From a virus (Duplodnaviria; Caudoviricetes): a DNA stretch of 64,000 bases. The stretch spans positions 2,440 to 66,439 of the IMG/VR virus record IMGVR_UViG_3300014205_000226; one strand, given 5' to 3'. A model generated the notes under the pieces. The model searched no databases and was not told the DNA's origin. It saw only the letters and a list, made by a program, of their open reading frames with translations. Below are positions 17,086 to 26,177 of the stretch, piece after piece (position 1 is the stretch's first letter; each line of letters begins with the position of its first letter). The position numbers and the translations under genes are program-made.

Positions 17086-17353
17086 GCTGCGCGTCCGTTG
17101 GGGTGGGGTGGTGCTTGCCAGTTCTTGCGAATGCTTCAACCGTCCGCAACTGCTCATCGGTCAGCCATACGTTATCGTGCAACTCTTGCAAAGACGAATA
17201 GCTGCTCCCGTTCTCGCCACACCGATCCACACAGAACAAGTCGCCGTATACCGTAATGCGAATATCCACCCGCTTGATGCTGGACGACTGGTGCCCGTAC
17301 ACCAGACACGGCACGTCGCGAAAGACTACGGCGTTGTAGGCGGTTTCACTCAT
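17078..17353 (-). CDS. hypothetical protein
   Basis: Coupled ORF bounded by the repeated junction sequence. Confidence 0.6.
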   Translation of the reverse strand: MSETAYNAVVFRDVPCLVYGHQSSSIKRVDIRITVYGDLFCVDRCGENGSSYSSLQELHDNVWLTDEQLRTVEAFARTGKHHPTPTDAQHE

Positions 17354-17616
17354 GCTGCGTCCGTTGGGGTGGGTGTGTTCCACTTGCGTTGATAGCGATT
17401 CCATTCAGCGCGCGTGTAGTGGTTGAGTGCCAGCAGTCCGCACGAGGCGGCGAACAATGTCGCGAAGATGGCGACAAACACCTTGACTACCACATCATCC
17501 GCGTCGCGTGTGTGCCACCAGTACGAGGTGCCCAGCGCCACGCCGGAGGACAACACGCATTCCCACGACCGGCGGACGTTCTTCGCGATCATCGCGGCAA
17601 TCTCGTCATCACTCAT
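17350..17616 (-). CDS. small membrane protein
   Basis: One strong transmembrane segment. Confidence 0.6.
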   Translation of the reverse strand: MSDDEIAAMIAKNVRRSWECVLSSGVALGTSYWWHTRDADDVVVKVFVAIFATLFAASCGLLALNHYTRAEWNRYQRKWNTPTPTDAA

Positions 17617-17995
17617 GCGTCAGCGCCGGGGCGGGGGTGGTCTGAAAGGGCTGGGCGTCAGCCCATGCGTTCAACTCTTGGATGAACGGCTTTGGAAACC
17701 GGAAACCAGCCCGCTCAATGTCACGAACAAGCCGCAGCATGGCGAACGTGATGAATGGTTTGTCCCCTTCGCGAAATTCAATATTGATGAACCGTTCGGC
17801 GGCGCCGTCGCAAGCGGGGCAACTGCTGGTGCGATTCATCGGATGCGTTGGCGGCACCACGCGCAGCCGGTAACCGTTATGGCTGACTTCGCGGCGAAAC
17901 GCTGCTTTTTCACGCTCGCTGCAATCGCTTGTCATCAGCATGCGCGAACATCCGCACGGGGCCAGCCCGACGTAAACTTTCACCTCGTCCCCCAT
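17609..17995 (-). CDS. hypothetical Cys-containing protein
   Basis: APCGC, CPACDG; fills the operon gap. Confidence 0.55.
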   Translation of the reverse strand: MGDEVKVYVGLAPCGCSRMLMTSDCSEREKAAFRREVSHNGYRLRVVPPTHPMNRTSSCPACDGAAERFINIEFREGDKPFITFAMLRLVRDIERAGFRFPKPFIQELNAWADAQPFQTTPAPALTHE

Positions 17996-17996
17996 C

Positions 17997-18389
17997 TCAC
18001 CGCCCCCCGCTGGCGTCGGGGGGTTTGGCTGGCGTGTTGCGTGCGCCATCTTCGGTGTAGTCAACGTCGATAACCCGCACACCAGCCGCGACGGCACGCG
18101 ACACCATATCAGAAGTACCGCGCCCGCCCTTGAACGCCATTACCGCGTCCGGCTTGAACATGTCGAGCATACGTTGGTTACGAATCGGGCCAGCCGCGCG
18201 GTTGTGCAGCGCCCACTCAGCGGGGAAGCGCATGCACGGAATGTCCTGAAAATGTGCAACCGTATTTGCGAGTGTATCCGCGCCGCGCGCGCAACCGTGC
18301 GCGATCTCCGTGACACCGAAGTCAGCGATAGCCGCATACATTTTCTCGTAATCGTCGTACGTGCGCCCGCCTGTAATAATGACTCTCAT
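17997..18389 (-). CDS. SLOG-family (DUF2493/YspA-like) nucleotide-binding protein
   Basis: RVIITGGR, IAHGCARGAD, FPAEW..AAGPIRNQRML, FKGGRGTSDMV. Confidence 0.85.
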   Translation of the reverse strand: MRVIITGGRTYDDYEKMYAAIADFGVTEIAHGCARGADTLANTVAHFQDIPCMRFPAEWALHNRAAGPIRNQRMLDMFKPDAVMAFKGGRGTSDMVSRAVAAGVRVIDVDYTEDGARNTPAKPPDASGGR

Positions 18390-18628
18390 CCCTCCACCTC
18401 CCCTTCGATGTTTGCCCACACCGCCCAATCGTTCACAGCCTTGCGCCCCTGCTGCGCCCAACACGTCACCGCGTGCCAGAACGCGTCGCTTGGTTCCTTG
18501 TTCGTCGGCTCACCGTTCGCGCGTAGCGGCATCGGCCCTGATGCGCGCGTGTCCTCAAAGTGGTGCATCTTGCCGTTGATGCGAATCTTGTAGAACGGCC
18601 CCGCGAAACAGACGTGCAAGCCTCTCAT
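18386..18628 (-). CDS. hypothetical protein
   Basis: Coupled ORF. Confidence 0.55.
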   Translation of the reverse strand: MRGLHVCFAGPFYKIRINGKMHHFEDTRASGPMPLRANGEPTNKEPSDAFWHAVTCWAQQGRKAVNDWAVWANIEGEVEG

Positions 18629-19134
18629 CGCCCGGGCTCCGTCGTGGCGGGGTGGGGGGTGCAAAGTGTCGAATCAAACGGGCTGATACGGTTGGCCGTC
18701 ACTTGGCGAAGCTGTTCACTCAACGCCTCCACCCGCGCCCGCTCGCGTTGCAGCTCGGCGCGGAGTTCTTCGACTTGCGACAGCAGATAGGCGAGGTCGG
18801 TGGGGGCGTGGGCGATGAGGTCCATATCAGGGTGTGCCACGCCAACGATTTCGCCGCTGTGTGATTTCACGACGACCTCACCGCGATCTGCGAGTTCGTC
18901 AATACCGCGCATCAGCATGTCGCTTTGGAATTCTGGTTGCGCGCCGGACATCCCCCATCTGCGAAAGCCCATCACGTACCGGCGACCGCGATTGATAGTT
19001 GCGAGGTAGACGTTGACTGACTTACACGGCTTCGTGTAGCCAAACCACGCCCACGGCCCCGGCGTCGCCTTCGCCACCCGCTCCCGGATGGCCTCCTCTC
19101 GTCGCGCGGGGGCGGTCATTGTGGCGTCAGACAT
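18625..19134 (-). CDS. Ead/Ea22-like protein
   Basis: KATPGPW..DLIAHAPTDLAYLLSQVEELR. Confidence 0.7.
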   Translation of the reverse strand: MSDATMTAPARREEAIRERVAKATPGPWAWFGYTKPCKSVNVYLATINRGRRYVMGFRRWGMSGAQPEFQSDMLMRGIDELADRGEVVVKSHSGEIVGVAHPDMDLIAHAPTDLAYLLSQVEELRAELQRERARVEALSEQLRQVTANRISPFDSTLCTPHPATTEPGR

Positions 19135-19474
19135 TGGCGGGCTCCGTTTTTCGCTGCGCTTGATTCAGCGCGAACGCTGCGGCAAATCCTTCGTGGCTGT
19201 CCAGCTCTTCGCCAGTCTCGCACGACGTCAGGTCCACCAGCTTGTAACCATTCGGATAGTGTGCGTTGTAGTGGTCGTGCTGCCACTCACAGCCGATCAG
19301 CAAGCCCATATCGCGCCGCGCCCATCCTCGTGAGCTAGAGCAGTGCTGCGCGACAACCGTGCCGTCCTCAGCCATCGCGTAGCTCAGCACGTCCTCTGGT
19401 CCAATCCACGGACACGGCAGCGAGTACACGAAAATACTCGGCGTTTTCGTAGCTTCCTCAATCTCACTACTCAT
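19127..19474 (-). CDS. hypothetical protein
   Basis: 115-aa coupled ORF. Confidence 0.6.
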   Translation of the reverse strand: MSSEIEEATKTPSIFVYSLPCPWIGPEDVLSYAMAEDGTVVAQHCSSSRGWARRDMGLLIGCEWQHDHYNAHYPNGYKLVDLTSCETGEELDSHEGFAAAFALNQAQRKTEPANV

Positions 19475-19668
19475 CGCGCGTCTCCTGGGGTGTGGGGTGT
19501 GGTTGCGCTGAACCGCGACGGTACGAACTGGCAGAACGTTTCGCTGCCGATCTGGCCGAAGAACGCTTTACAGCGCGTGGCATGTTGGCACGCCGTATCG
19601 CACGTTCCGCCGTTCGGGATCGGTGACAGGCACTCGCAACAGTCGTTGCACTTCCGCGCGCAACTCAC
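19471..19668 (-). CDS. small Cys-rich protein
   Basis: CARKCNDCCEC..CDTAC..C..C. Confidence 0.5.
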   Translation of the reverse strand: MSCARKCNDCCECLSPIPNGGTCDTACQHATRCKAFFGQIGSETFCQFVPSRFSATTPHTPGDAR

Positions 19669-20576
19669 GGCGTCGGCTCCGTCAAGGCGGCGCGCACAGC
19701 GTTTACGAGTTCCGTTAGCCGATCCTCGGAATCAACAATTAGCTCGAAGTCACGTTCTGTCATTGTGCCGCAGCTCCACGCGTGCCACACGCGGGTGCAA
19801 TCGTACGCGCTCTGACCTAGTGTCTCTGCAATTGCATCGCGAATGCGCTCCACCATCGCTTCATCAACCGTCGCCAGCGGCAACGGGGTGGCGGATGGTT
19901 GTGCTACTGGCGGCTCCCAATTTTCCGCAAGCTCAAGCGCGTTCTCCCATGGATCGTTGCAGTTGCTATGCTCGCCAATCGCTGCGATGACATCGTCGCC
20001 GCCAGTTAACCCGACGATGGCGTATGACAGCTCATCGCACATCTTGATTGCGCGATCACGTTCCTCCATGACTTGCGAGCACGCGGCTTCCTCACGATCC
20101 CGCTCCGCCGTCACCGTGGCGAGTTGGGCTTCCGCTTCACGCATCTGCATTTCGGCCATTCCCGCCCAGTCGGAATTATCCGCCGCACCGGCCAGCGCGT
20201 TGTCCCGCTCCACCACCGTCGCCAGCGGCAACGGGGTGGCCGGGTGGGGTGTGTCCGGTGCCATATCGTTGCCGATGTCGCACTTGATGATGCCGCGTGC
20301 CTCGACGTCATCAATCGTGACACACACATCGTCGAAGTGGCTGGACACGTCAATGGCGTGCTTGATCATGTAGCGCCACTTCTCTGCGTCGTCGCGCAAC
20401 CCATCCCGCTCCACCACCAGCGCCGCGTGCTGCTGGGTGAGGGTGTTGATGTGGTCGAGTACATCGGCAAGGCACGCAGTGCTTTCGATTATGCTAGCGC
20501 GCCCAACGTCTCTCGCGCACAGCACGCGACTGCGAAACGCAAGCAGCCAGAGCGGTTCCGACATCTGCTCAGACAT
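19665..20576 (-). CDS. mosaic coiled-coil protein with internal repeat
   Basis: ATPLPLATV occurs twice, encoded by an exact 26-bp repeat (19867-19892 and 20215-20240). Confidence 0.65.
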   Translation of the reverse strand: MSEQMSEPLWLLAFRSRVLCARDVGRASIIESTACLADVLDHINTLTQQHAALVVERDGLRDDAEKWRYMIKHAIDVSSHFDDVCVTIDDVEARGIIKCDIGNDMAPDTPHPATPLPLATVVERDNALAGAADNSDWAGMAEMQMREAEAQLATVTAERDREEAACSQVMEERDRAIKMCDELSYAIVGLTGGDDVIAAIGEHSNCNDPWENALELAENWEPPVAQPSATPLPLATVDEAMVERIRDAIAETLGQSAYDCTRVWHAWSCGTMTERDFELIVDSEDRLTELVNAVRAALTEPTP

Positions 20577-21018
20577 CGGGCGCCCCCGTGGGTGGGAAGA
20601 GGGCGTCAAGTTTGGTCTTGATTCCTGAAAGTGTTTGCCCTTCCTTCGGAATTAGCGCAACAGAATTGTCGCGAGGTTGGATTAGCGAGATGCTAAAGGA
20701 ACTTACAAATTCCCGCACCCGCGCCAGCTCCGAGGCTTGGGCGTCGATGTGGGCGATAGCCGCGCGCAGGTTATGCGCCTTTATCGCGTGCATCTCACGA
20801 ATTTCTGCGCACATACTGTCGGAGTCGGCGCACATTTGATGCGACGCCGCCCATTCGAGGATCATGCGTTTACCTTCAGCGACAGCTTCCAACTTCCTTC
20901 CCGCCTGCGCCTCGGGGGATGGCTGCTGGTGGTGTCTTGCTCGCCCATACTCACAATCAGGAGCGAGGCAATAGTTGTTGTGGTACGTACACTGATTGAT
21001 TGCATCGCAACCCTTCAT
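20569..21018 (-). CDS. hypothetical protein
   Basis: Coupled ORF with a Cys-rich N-terminus. Confidence 0.55.
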   Translation of the reverse strand: MKGCDAINQCTYHNNYCLAPDCEYGRARHHQQPSPEAQAGRKLEAVAEGKRMILEWAASHQMCADSDSMCAEIREMHAIKAHNLRAAIAHIDAQASELARVREFVSSFSISLIQPRDNSVALIPKEGQTLSGIKTKLDALFPPTGAPDV

Positions 21019-21248
21019 CTCTCTGCCCATTTGCGTGTATCTCGTTGATTGGATAGCCCCAGCAAGTAGTCTGCTGACACGCGTAGTGCCTTGCAGAGCA
21101 TGACGAGCGAGCGAGCACCGGGTAGTCTGTTGCCTGTTTCGTAGTGTGAGATTTCAAAGCCTGTCACGCCACACTTGGCGCCAAGTTCTACTTGCGTGAG
21201 ACCACGCATTGCACGGGCCGCTTTGACGCGTTTGGCTACAATGTCCAT
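21015..21248 (-). CDS. XRE-family HTH transcriptional regulator
   Basis: RVKAARAMRGLTQVELGAKCGVTGFEISHYETGNRLP..LCKALRVSADYLLG. Confidence 0.92.
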   Translation of the reverse strand: MDIVAKRVKAARAMRGLTQVELGAKCGVTGFEISHYETGNRLPGARSLVMLCKALRVSADYLLGLSNQRDTRKWAER

Positions 21249-21252
21249 CGCA

Positions 21253-21966
21253 TCACTTCCCCCCGCCCGTGAGCGCGTCATCCTCACGCATCGCGCACAA
21301 TTCCAGAATGAGCGGCGTGACGCGGAGCCAGATATTCGCTCGTGCGGCTGCGGCTGCGTATGCGTCTGCGGCTGCGTATGCGTCTGCGTATGCGGCTGCG
21401 TATGCGGCTGCGGCTGCGTCTGCGGCTGCGTATGCGGCTTTGCGAACATGCATCACCACATCGTTCGCCGCGCGCGCCGTCCCGGCGTCCGTGATAACCG
21501 CCAGGGCGCGCAGCTCGGCCGCTTCGCCGGTCAACTTCGCCGCGTCAAACGCGAGCGGGAGTATCTCGCGAATCGTCCAGTCCACGGTGCGAAACATGCG
21601 ACGCCGTGTCAGTGCGACACTGCCGCGCGTGTTGAACGCTGGCACCAGCGTCGGCCAGAGCAATTCGTCACGCAGCGCGTCGGGACAGCGGTCGTTCACC
21701 GCGATCCGCAGCGCGCGAATCACGCGGCACACGCTGGGGTTGTCGTCGGAGAGTTGGTTCAGACGGTCCAGTGTGTAGTGCGGCACCAACTGGTCATTTT
21801 CCATCGCGCACGCCACGGCGTTGGCGAGTTGTTCGATGCAGACGTGACACTGTGCAGGGTCGTTCGGCACAATGCCGCGCCCCTTGCCGCTCGTGAGGTG
21901 GACGCCTTGGACCATCGCGAGGCGGTCGTCGCAGACAACAACGGGTGTGTAGGTAGGCGCGGTCAT
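21253..21966 (-). CDS. conserved-looking phage protein with Ala/Tyr/Asp low-complexity tract
   Basis: SDDNPSVCRVIRALRIAVND..RDELL; YAAADAAAAAYAAAYADAYAAADAY. Confidence 0.7.
   Translation of the reverse strand: MTAPTYTPVVVCDDRLAMVQGVHLTSGKGRGIVPNDPAQCHVCIEQLANAVACAMENDQLVPHYTLDRLNQLSDDNPSVCRVIRALRIAVNDRCPDALRDELLWPTLVPAFNTRGSVALTRRRMFRTVDWTIREILPLAFDAAKLTGEAAELRALAVITDAGTARAANDVVMHVRKAAYAAADAAAAAYAAAYADAYAAADAYAAAAARANIWLRVTPLILELCAMREDDALTGGGK
21344..21439. repeat. array of 16 hexamers in three variants (GCGGCT, GCGTAT, GCGTCT)
   Basis: Read directly; 96 bp, in frame within 21253..21966. Confidence 0.9.
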
Positions 21967-22397
21967 TTGGGGGTGTGGTTGGGGGTGTTCGTGAGCGCGT
22001 GCAGCGCGTGTTGGAGGGCGGTGGCGCGTTGGTCATGTGCAAGTGCGAGTGCTTCCGACTTCTCAACAAGCGACGGGTCATGGAAGATCGCCGCGCTGTA
22101 CGGGCCATTGCCGCGATGGTAGCGGGAGAGGCTTTGTTCGCGTGCAACAGTTTCTTCCACACACGCCACAATCACCGGCTCCACGGGCGCGGGGGTGCGG
22201 GTGTTCCATGCGGTGATGGCGTCGGCTTCTTTCAGAAACCCGACCGTGCCGCGATTGCACACACCGCAGTAAATACAGTTCACGCCGTGAAACACTTCTT
22301 GTGTCAGGCCGTTGCGCCGCATCGGGTCTGAATAGCGCACTGTGTTCGGAGCCGCTTCGCCCCCACAAAACGGGCACGGCTTGATGGGCGCGGTCAT
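21963..22397 (-). CDS. Lar-family restriction alleviation-like protein
   Basis: IKPCPFCGGEA..VNCIYC..AITAWNTR. Confidence 0.8.
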   Translation of the reverse strand: MTAPIKPCPFCGGEAAPNTVRYSDPMRRNGLTQEVFHGVNCIYCGVCNRGTVGFLKEADAITAWNTRTPAPVEPVIVACVEETVAREQSLSRYHRGNGPYSAAIFHDPSLVEKSEALALAHDQRATALQHALHALTNTPNHTPK

Positions 22398-22672
22398 GGG
22401 GTGGCCTCTGTGCGGCCGTTCCGGAACAAATCGGTCATGCAGTCAAGCACACTCCACACGCTCACATCGTACTGCTTGTGTGTCGCGTCGTTGAACACGA
22501 GTAGCCTTGGGTGTCGGTTTACGCCGACTACGCGCACATGAATAACGTTCGCGCCATGCTTGTAGCTGATGCGCGACCCCACCGGAAACGCTGCCCTGCA
22601 TTTCGCCTCGTACTCGCTTTCCGCGCGCTGTAGCTCACGAAACGATTCTGCCGCTGCTTCGATCTTGCTCAC
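22394..22672 (-). CDS. hypothetical protein
   Basis: GTG coupled to the upstream stop. Confidence 0.55.
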   Translation of the reverse strand: MSKIEAAAESFRELQRAESEYEAKCRAAFPVGSRISYKHGANVIHVRVVGVNRHPRLLVFNDATHKQYDVSVWSVLDCMTDLFRNGRTEATP

Positions 22673-23631
22673 TTTCCCCCCTCCCCGCGCGTGGGCAGCG
22701 CCCCGCCGTCGTAGAGGACGTGGACGGTGCCGTTGAGCACTTTGGCGCAATGAATCGCGTCCGTTTTGCCGTTGCCGACGTTCTCGCTCGTGTATGTGCT
22801 GTAATGCTTTTTGTCTAGACCAACGACCACCGCATACCCATACACGGGCAACTCCCGCACCATCGCCGGACGCGCGAGGGTGGCCTTGAGTTCCGCAATG
22901 GTCGCCACGATTGCTTCGATCATGTCATGATCGTCCGGCTGAAGCTGCGCCGCAGCGCGTTCCGATTCAGTGCCGGTCAACGCACCAAGCACGTTGGCAC
23001 GCACACGGTCAATGTATCCATATGCGTTGTCGCGTTCGCGTTTGACATCGGCCAATCGTTGGCCTTTCGCGTTGAGTTCGTTGATGAGATCGGCGTGTGT
23101 GGCGCGGGCTGACATTTCGAGGACGCGGCGCACGACGGCTGCCATGCCATTCTGTGCGATCATCTGTGCTTCGTGGATAACAAGCAATTCGTTGAGTTGC
23201 TGCGTCGTTGGTTTGAACGCCTCACCAGACGCGCCCGCCGTGGTGGCCGGTTGCGGGGTGGCCGGTTCGTCGGGGTTGTCGATCAGATCAAGCAACTGTT
23301 GCGCAACGGCGTGATGATTCAGCGACGCGTACTCACTCACGAGCGACGGGAATGCGCGCGTCTGGTCGTATACGCCGTTTACGAACACCTTGAATAGCGC
23401 CTTCATGTTGCGGATCGCGTCAAACTCCACTGCAACGCCACAGCCAACCAACTCCACCCGCCGCCTCACAACAGGTACCGGCGGCACAACACGTTCCGCG
23501 AAGTTGCGCGCCGTAAAGCCGCTGTCCAACTCGTCATCGGCGTACGCTTCAGCAGCGGCCTCGCACCAATCCACGATTTGCTTACGCTCATCCGCATTTC
23601 GCGGGACAAACACTCTTGCCTTATCGTCCAT
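22669..23631 (-). CDS. hypothetical protein; N-terminal domain paralogous to 23621..24019
   Basis: Shared pattern VF.P...R.Q.V.WC.AA..R..A.R..PP...V.RRVEL. Confidence 0.7.
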   Translation of the reverse strand: MDDKARVFVPRNADERKQIVDWCEAAAEAYADDELDSGFTARNFAERVVPPVPVVRRRVELVGCGVAVEFDAIRNMKALFKVFVNGVYDQTRAFPSLVSEYASLNHHAVAQQLLDLIDNPDEPATPQPATTAGASGEAFKPTTQQLNELLVIHEAQMIAQNGMAAVVRRVLEMSARATHADLINELNAKGQRLADVKRERDNAYGYIDRVRANVLGALTGTESERAAAQLQPDDHDMIEAIVATIAELKATLARPAMVRELPVYGYAVVVGLDKKHYSTYTSENVGNGKTDAIHCAKVLNGTVHVLYDGGALPTRGEGGK

Positions 23632-24019
23632 CGGGGGCCTCGTAGGGGTGGGCGCGCAGGTCCATGAGTTTGCCGTGCGCGGCGTCTCGCTGACCAGCGG
23701 GCCACGCCATCGCGATACTCACGGCATTGGCTGCCTCTTCAAGCAGCGCGCCGTTGGAGTTGTCAATCAACTGAAACACTGGCTCGTGGTATTCCACGAA
23801 CCAATCAAGCGGCTCTCCATCGCTTGCAATTTTGTGCAACTCCACCCGCCGCTTCACGCGCGCGAGCGGGGGGATGATGCGGTCTGCGACACCGCGTGGG
23901 CTTTCTTCGCCAACGTAGAAATTGGGCCGCACAGCGATAACGGCCGCCACACACCACTCCACACACTGCGCGCGCGTGGCGCCGCCCTTTGGAAACACGT
24001 CCTGCACTGCTTCACTCAT
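23621..24019 (-). CDS. hypothetical protein; paralogue of the downstream gene's N-terminus
   Basis: Same shared motif as 22669..23631. Confidence 0.7.
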   Translation of the reverse strand: MSEAVQDVFPKGGATRAQCVEWCVAAVIAVRPNFYVGEESPRGVADRIIPPLARVKRRVELHKIASDGEPLDWFVEYHEPVFQLIDNSNGALLEEAANAVSIAMAWPAGQRDAAHGKLMDLRAHPYEAPDGR

Positions 24020-24273
24020 TTTCTCGATCCTCAGAAGGTTGCCAACAGGTGGAACAACGGGTAATCCTGACGTAGCCGGCCGGGCCGTCCTCGTCCGCTG
24101 CGACCGGTAGCGCCACTTCGTACAGCGTGTCGTGCCCTTTGGGGCAGCGGTCTACGTCGTCTTCCGTTTCAAGCACAGTGTTTTCCATAGAGCGCGTGGC
24201 GGGCTCGAACCGCCGTGCTTCGCCTTCACGAATCGCGCTGGGCCCGGCCGCCTCCACACGGCCGGGGTGGGGG

Positions 24274-24762
24274 TTAGCCGGCTTTGCGGGCCCAGGTGGC
24301 GCCGGTGGTAGCGGCAGCGGCGCTGGCGGGACGCGCAGTGATAGAGCCAGCGACCCCGCCCACTTCGCCGATCTTCTTGCCGTTCGCATACAAGAACTGC
24401 TGCACCTTGTTGCCGGGCCCGAAATCGCCGTTCGCCTTCGTGACGACGACCTTGCCCATGAACGGAATCTTGTACAGCTCCTGCATGTTGCGCGGCTTGA
24501 GCACGTTCACCACGTGGCAGAGCGCGCTAAAGTCCTGATTGGCACGAGCGCGGGTGCCCTCATCTGCGTGGTTCAAGTTGAAGAACTGGAAGAACTGCCG
24601 CCCCTTCTCAGGGCCGTCCAGAACCTTGATGGTCAAGCTGTGCCCCTTCTCCTTCTGTGACGACGTTTCGACGTGAAGGACGTAGGTGTCGTTCGGCAGC
24701 GGGTCAAACTCGCCAGTGGACGGCTTGACTGCTGTGGCGTCGAAATCGAGAGTGTCTGACAT
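24274..24762 (-). CDS. DUF669-type phage single-stranded DNA-binding protein
   Basis: LDFDATAVKP..EFDPLPNDTY..GPEKGRQFFQFFNL; follows sak4. Confidence 0.8.
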   Translation of the reverse strand: MSDTLDFDATAVKPSTGEFDPLPNDTYVLHVETSSQKEKGHSLTIKVLDGPEKGRQFFQFFNLNHADEGTRARANQDFSALCHVVNVLKPRNMQELYKIPFMGKVVVTKANGDFGPGNKVQQFLYANGKKIGEVGGVAGSITARPASAAAATTGATWARKAG

Positions 24763-24816
24763 GGTGTTCGTTTCCGTTGAGAGAGTTTGCGGTGTAATCG
24801 CGACACCGCGCGCGTG

Positions 24817-25671
24817 TTACTGATTGAACGAGGCTGCGATGGCGCTGACGAGGTATTCGGCCGTTTCCGGGCCATTTGACAGCGGCACTTCCGCGTCCAG
24901 ATCGAAGCGGTTTTTTGCTTCCCATGTGGAACGCCTTTCGAGGGACAGAACCCGCCCACGCGATGCGCCGCCCTTGTACGTGATTTTCTGGCTCTTGCCG
25001 GAGCCTTCGACCACTTGGTTCGTGATCACTTTTTCGTGACAGAACCCAACCACATCGGCCCACTCGTGAATGATTTCGCGGGCGCGCTTGTGCATGGCCA
25101 AATCGTACCGGTCGTACTTGTCGCTGTCGGGCGGGTTGAACGAGGTCACGTCGGAATGCGCCAGCAACACCACGTTCATTCCGCTGTCGCGCAGCGCATC
25201 CATGCCGCTCAGGAACTCGCGCCAGATTTTGTCGGCCAGCACATAGCCCTTGCCGTACCCTGGCGCTTCAATGTCGGCCAACTTTTCACGGCTGCATGTC
25301 TCGGCCCACACAACCGGCTCGAACCAATCCAGCGTGTCAAGGACATACGTTTCGTAACTGTGCGAACCGCTCAGCATCGCGTCAACGGTGCGCGCGAACT
25401 GGCTCCACTGCGTGATGATCGCGCCGTTGCCGAACGACTTCACCTTGAGCTTGCCCTTACCGTCCTCCGTGAACGCGAACACGGGGTTCGGGAAATGCTT
25501 CGCCAGGCTGGACTTGCCGATCCCGTGCACGCCATGAAACACGAAACGCGACGGGCGAACCGTGACTTCATCGGAAATCCCGTCCAAACTGAACGGGTCG
25601 AAGCCGATGGGCTTCTGTACTTCTTTCACAAAATCGGCGGTGTCGTTCTCCGCATCTGCCAGGAATGTCAT
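24817..25671 (-). CDS. Sak4-like ATPase/recombinase (AAA_24)
   Basis: FHGVHGIGKSSLA, FTEDG, YVLDTLDW, GYGKGY, VLLAHS, EWADVVGF, EAKNR. Confidence 0.88.
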   Translation of the reverse strand: MTFLADAENDTADFVKEVQKPIGFDPFSLDGISDEVTVRPSRFVFHGVHGIGKSSLAKHFPNPVFAFTEDGKGKLKVKSFGNGAIITQWSQFARTVDAMLSGSHSYETYVLDTLDWFEPVVWAETCSREKLADIEAPGYGKGYVLADKIWREFLSGMDALRDSGMNVVLLAHSDVTSFNPPDSDKYDRYDLAMHKRAREIIHEWADVVGFCHEKVITNQVVEGSGKSQKITYKGGASRGRVLSLERRSTWEAKNRFDLDAEVPLSNGPETAEYLVSAIAASFNQ

Positions 25672-26177
25672 CGAATCACCAGCGTGTTATTGGGTTGGAG
25701 ACGAGCGCCGGGAATGGTCTCGCCCTTCTTGAGTGCGTTGTAGAGCGCATTTTTGTCTGGTATCAATTGCGAAGGAACGGTGGTCACGAACGCAGCGGGC
25801 AACGCGGCTGGCAAGCATTCCACAACCACCGAAGCTTTTACGTTCTGCACAGACAGTGAGAACAGAGAGCCCGCCACTTTCGGCCGTTCCATCCGAATCA
25901 GCACCAGCTTGGCGTACTCTTTCAGTCGGTCAACGCGGTTGTCCAATGCTTTGCGGCGCGCGGCCAGTCGCGCTTCCTCTTTCTTGAGCGTGTCGCTGGT
26001 CGCTTCCATGTTCCGCACGTACCCGCCGAAACTGTCCGCCTTGAGCGTCAGCTTTTCGATCAATTCCGTTTCCAGCGCCTCCATCTCGGGCGTAACCTCG
26101 CCGTCCAGTTCTTCATAAAACTCGTCCAGCGTTCGCGATTCGTCGCCCAGTTCATACAGCGTCAACGTGCCTGACAT
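25668..26177 (-). CDS. siphovirus Gp157-like protein
   Basis: KKEEARLAARRKALDNRVDRLKEY..PDKNALYNALKKGETIPGARL. Confidence 0.85.
   Translation of the reverse strand: MSGTLTLYELGDESRTLDEFYEELDGEVTPEMEALETELIEKLTLKADSFGGYVRNMEATSDTLKKEEARLAARRKALDNRVDRLKEYAKLVLIRMERPKVAGSLFSLSVQNVKASVVVECLPAALPAAFVTTVPSQLIPDKNALYNALKKGETIPGARLQPNNTLVIR

Noticed and set aside
21015-22122. Alternative-frame ORFs with PQTHTQ or CGCVCV repeats
   Set aside because: They are other readings of the hexamer array; the coupled 21253..21966 frame is the credible gene.
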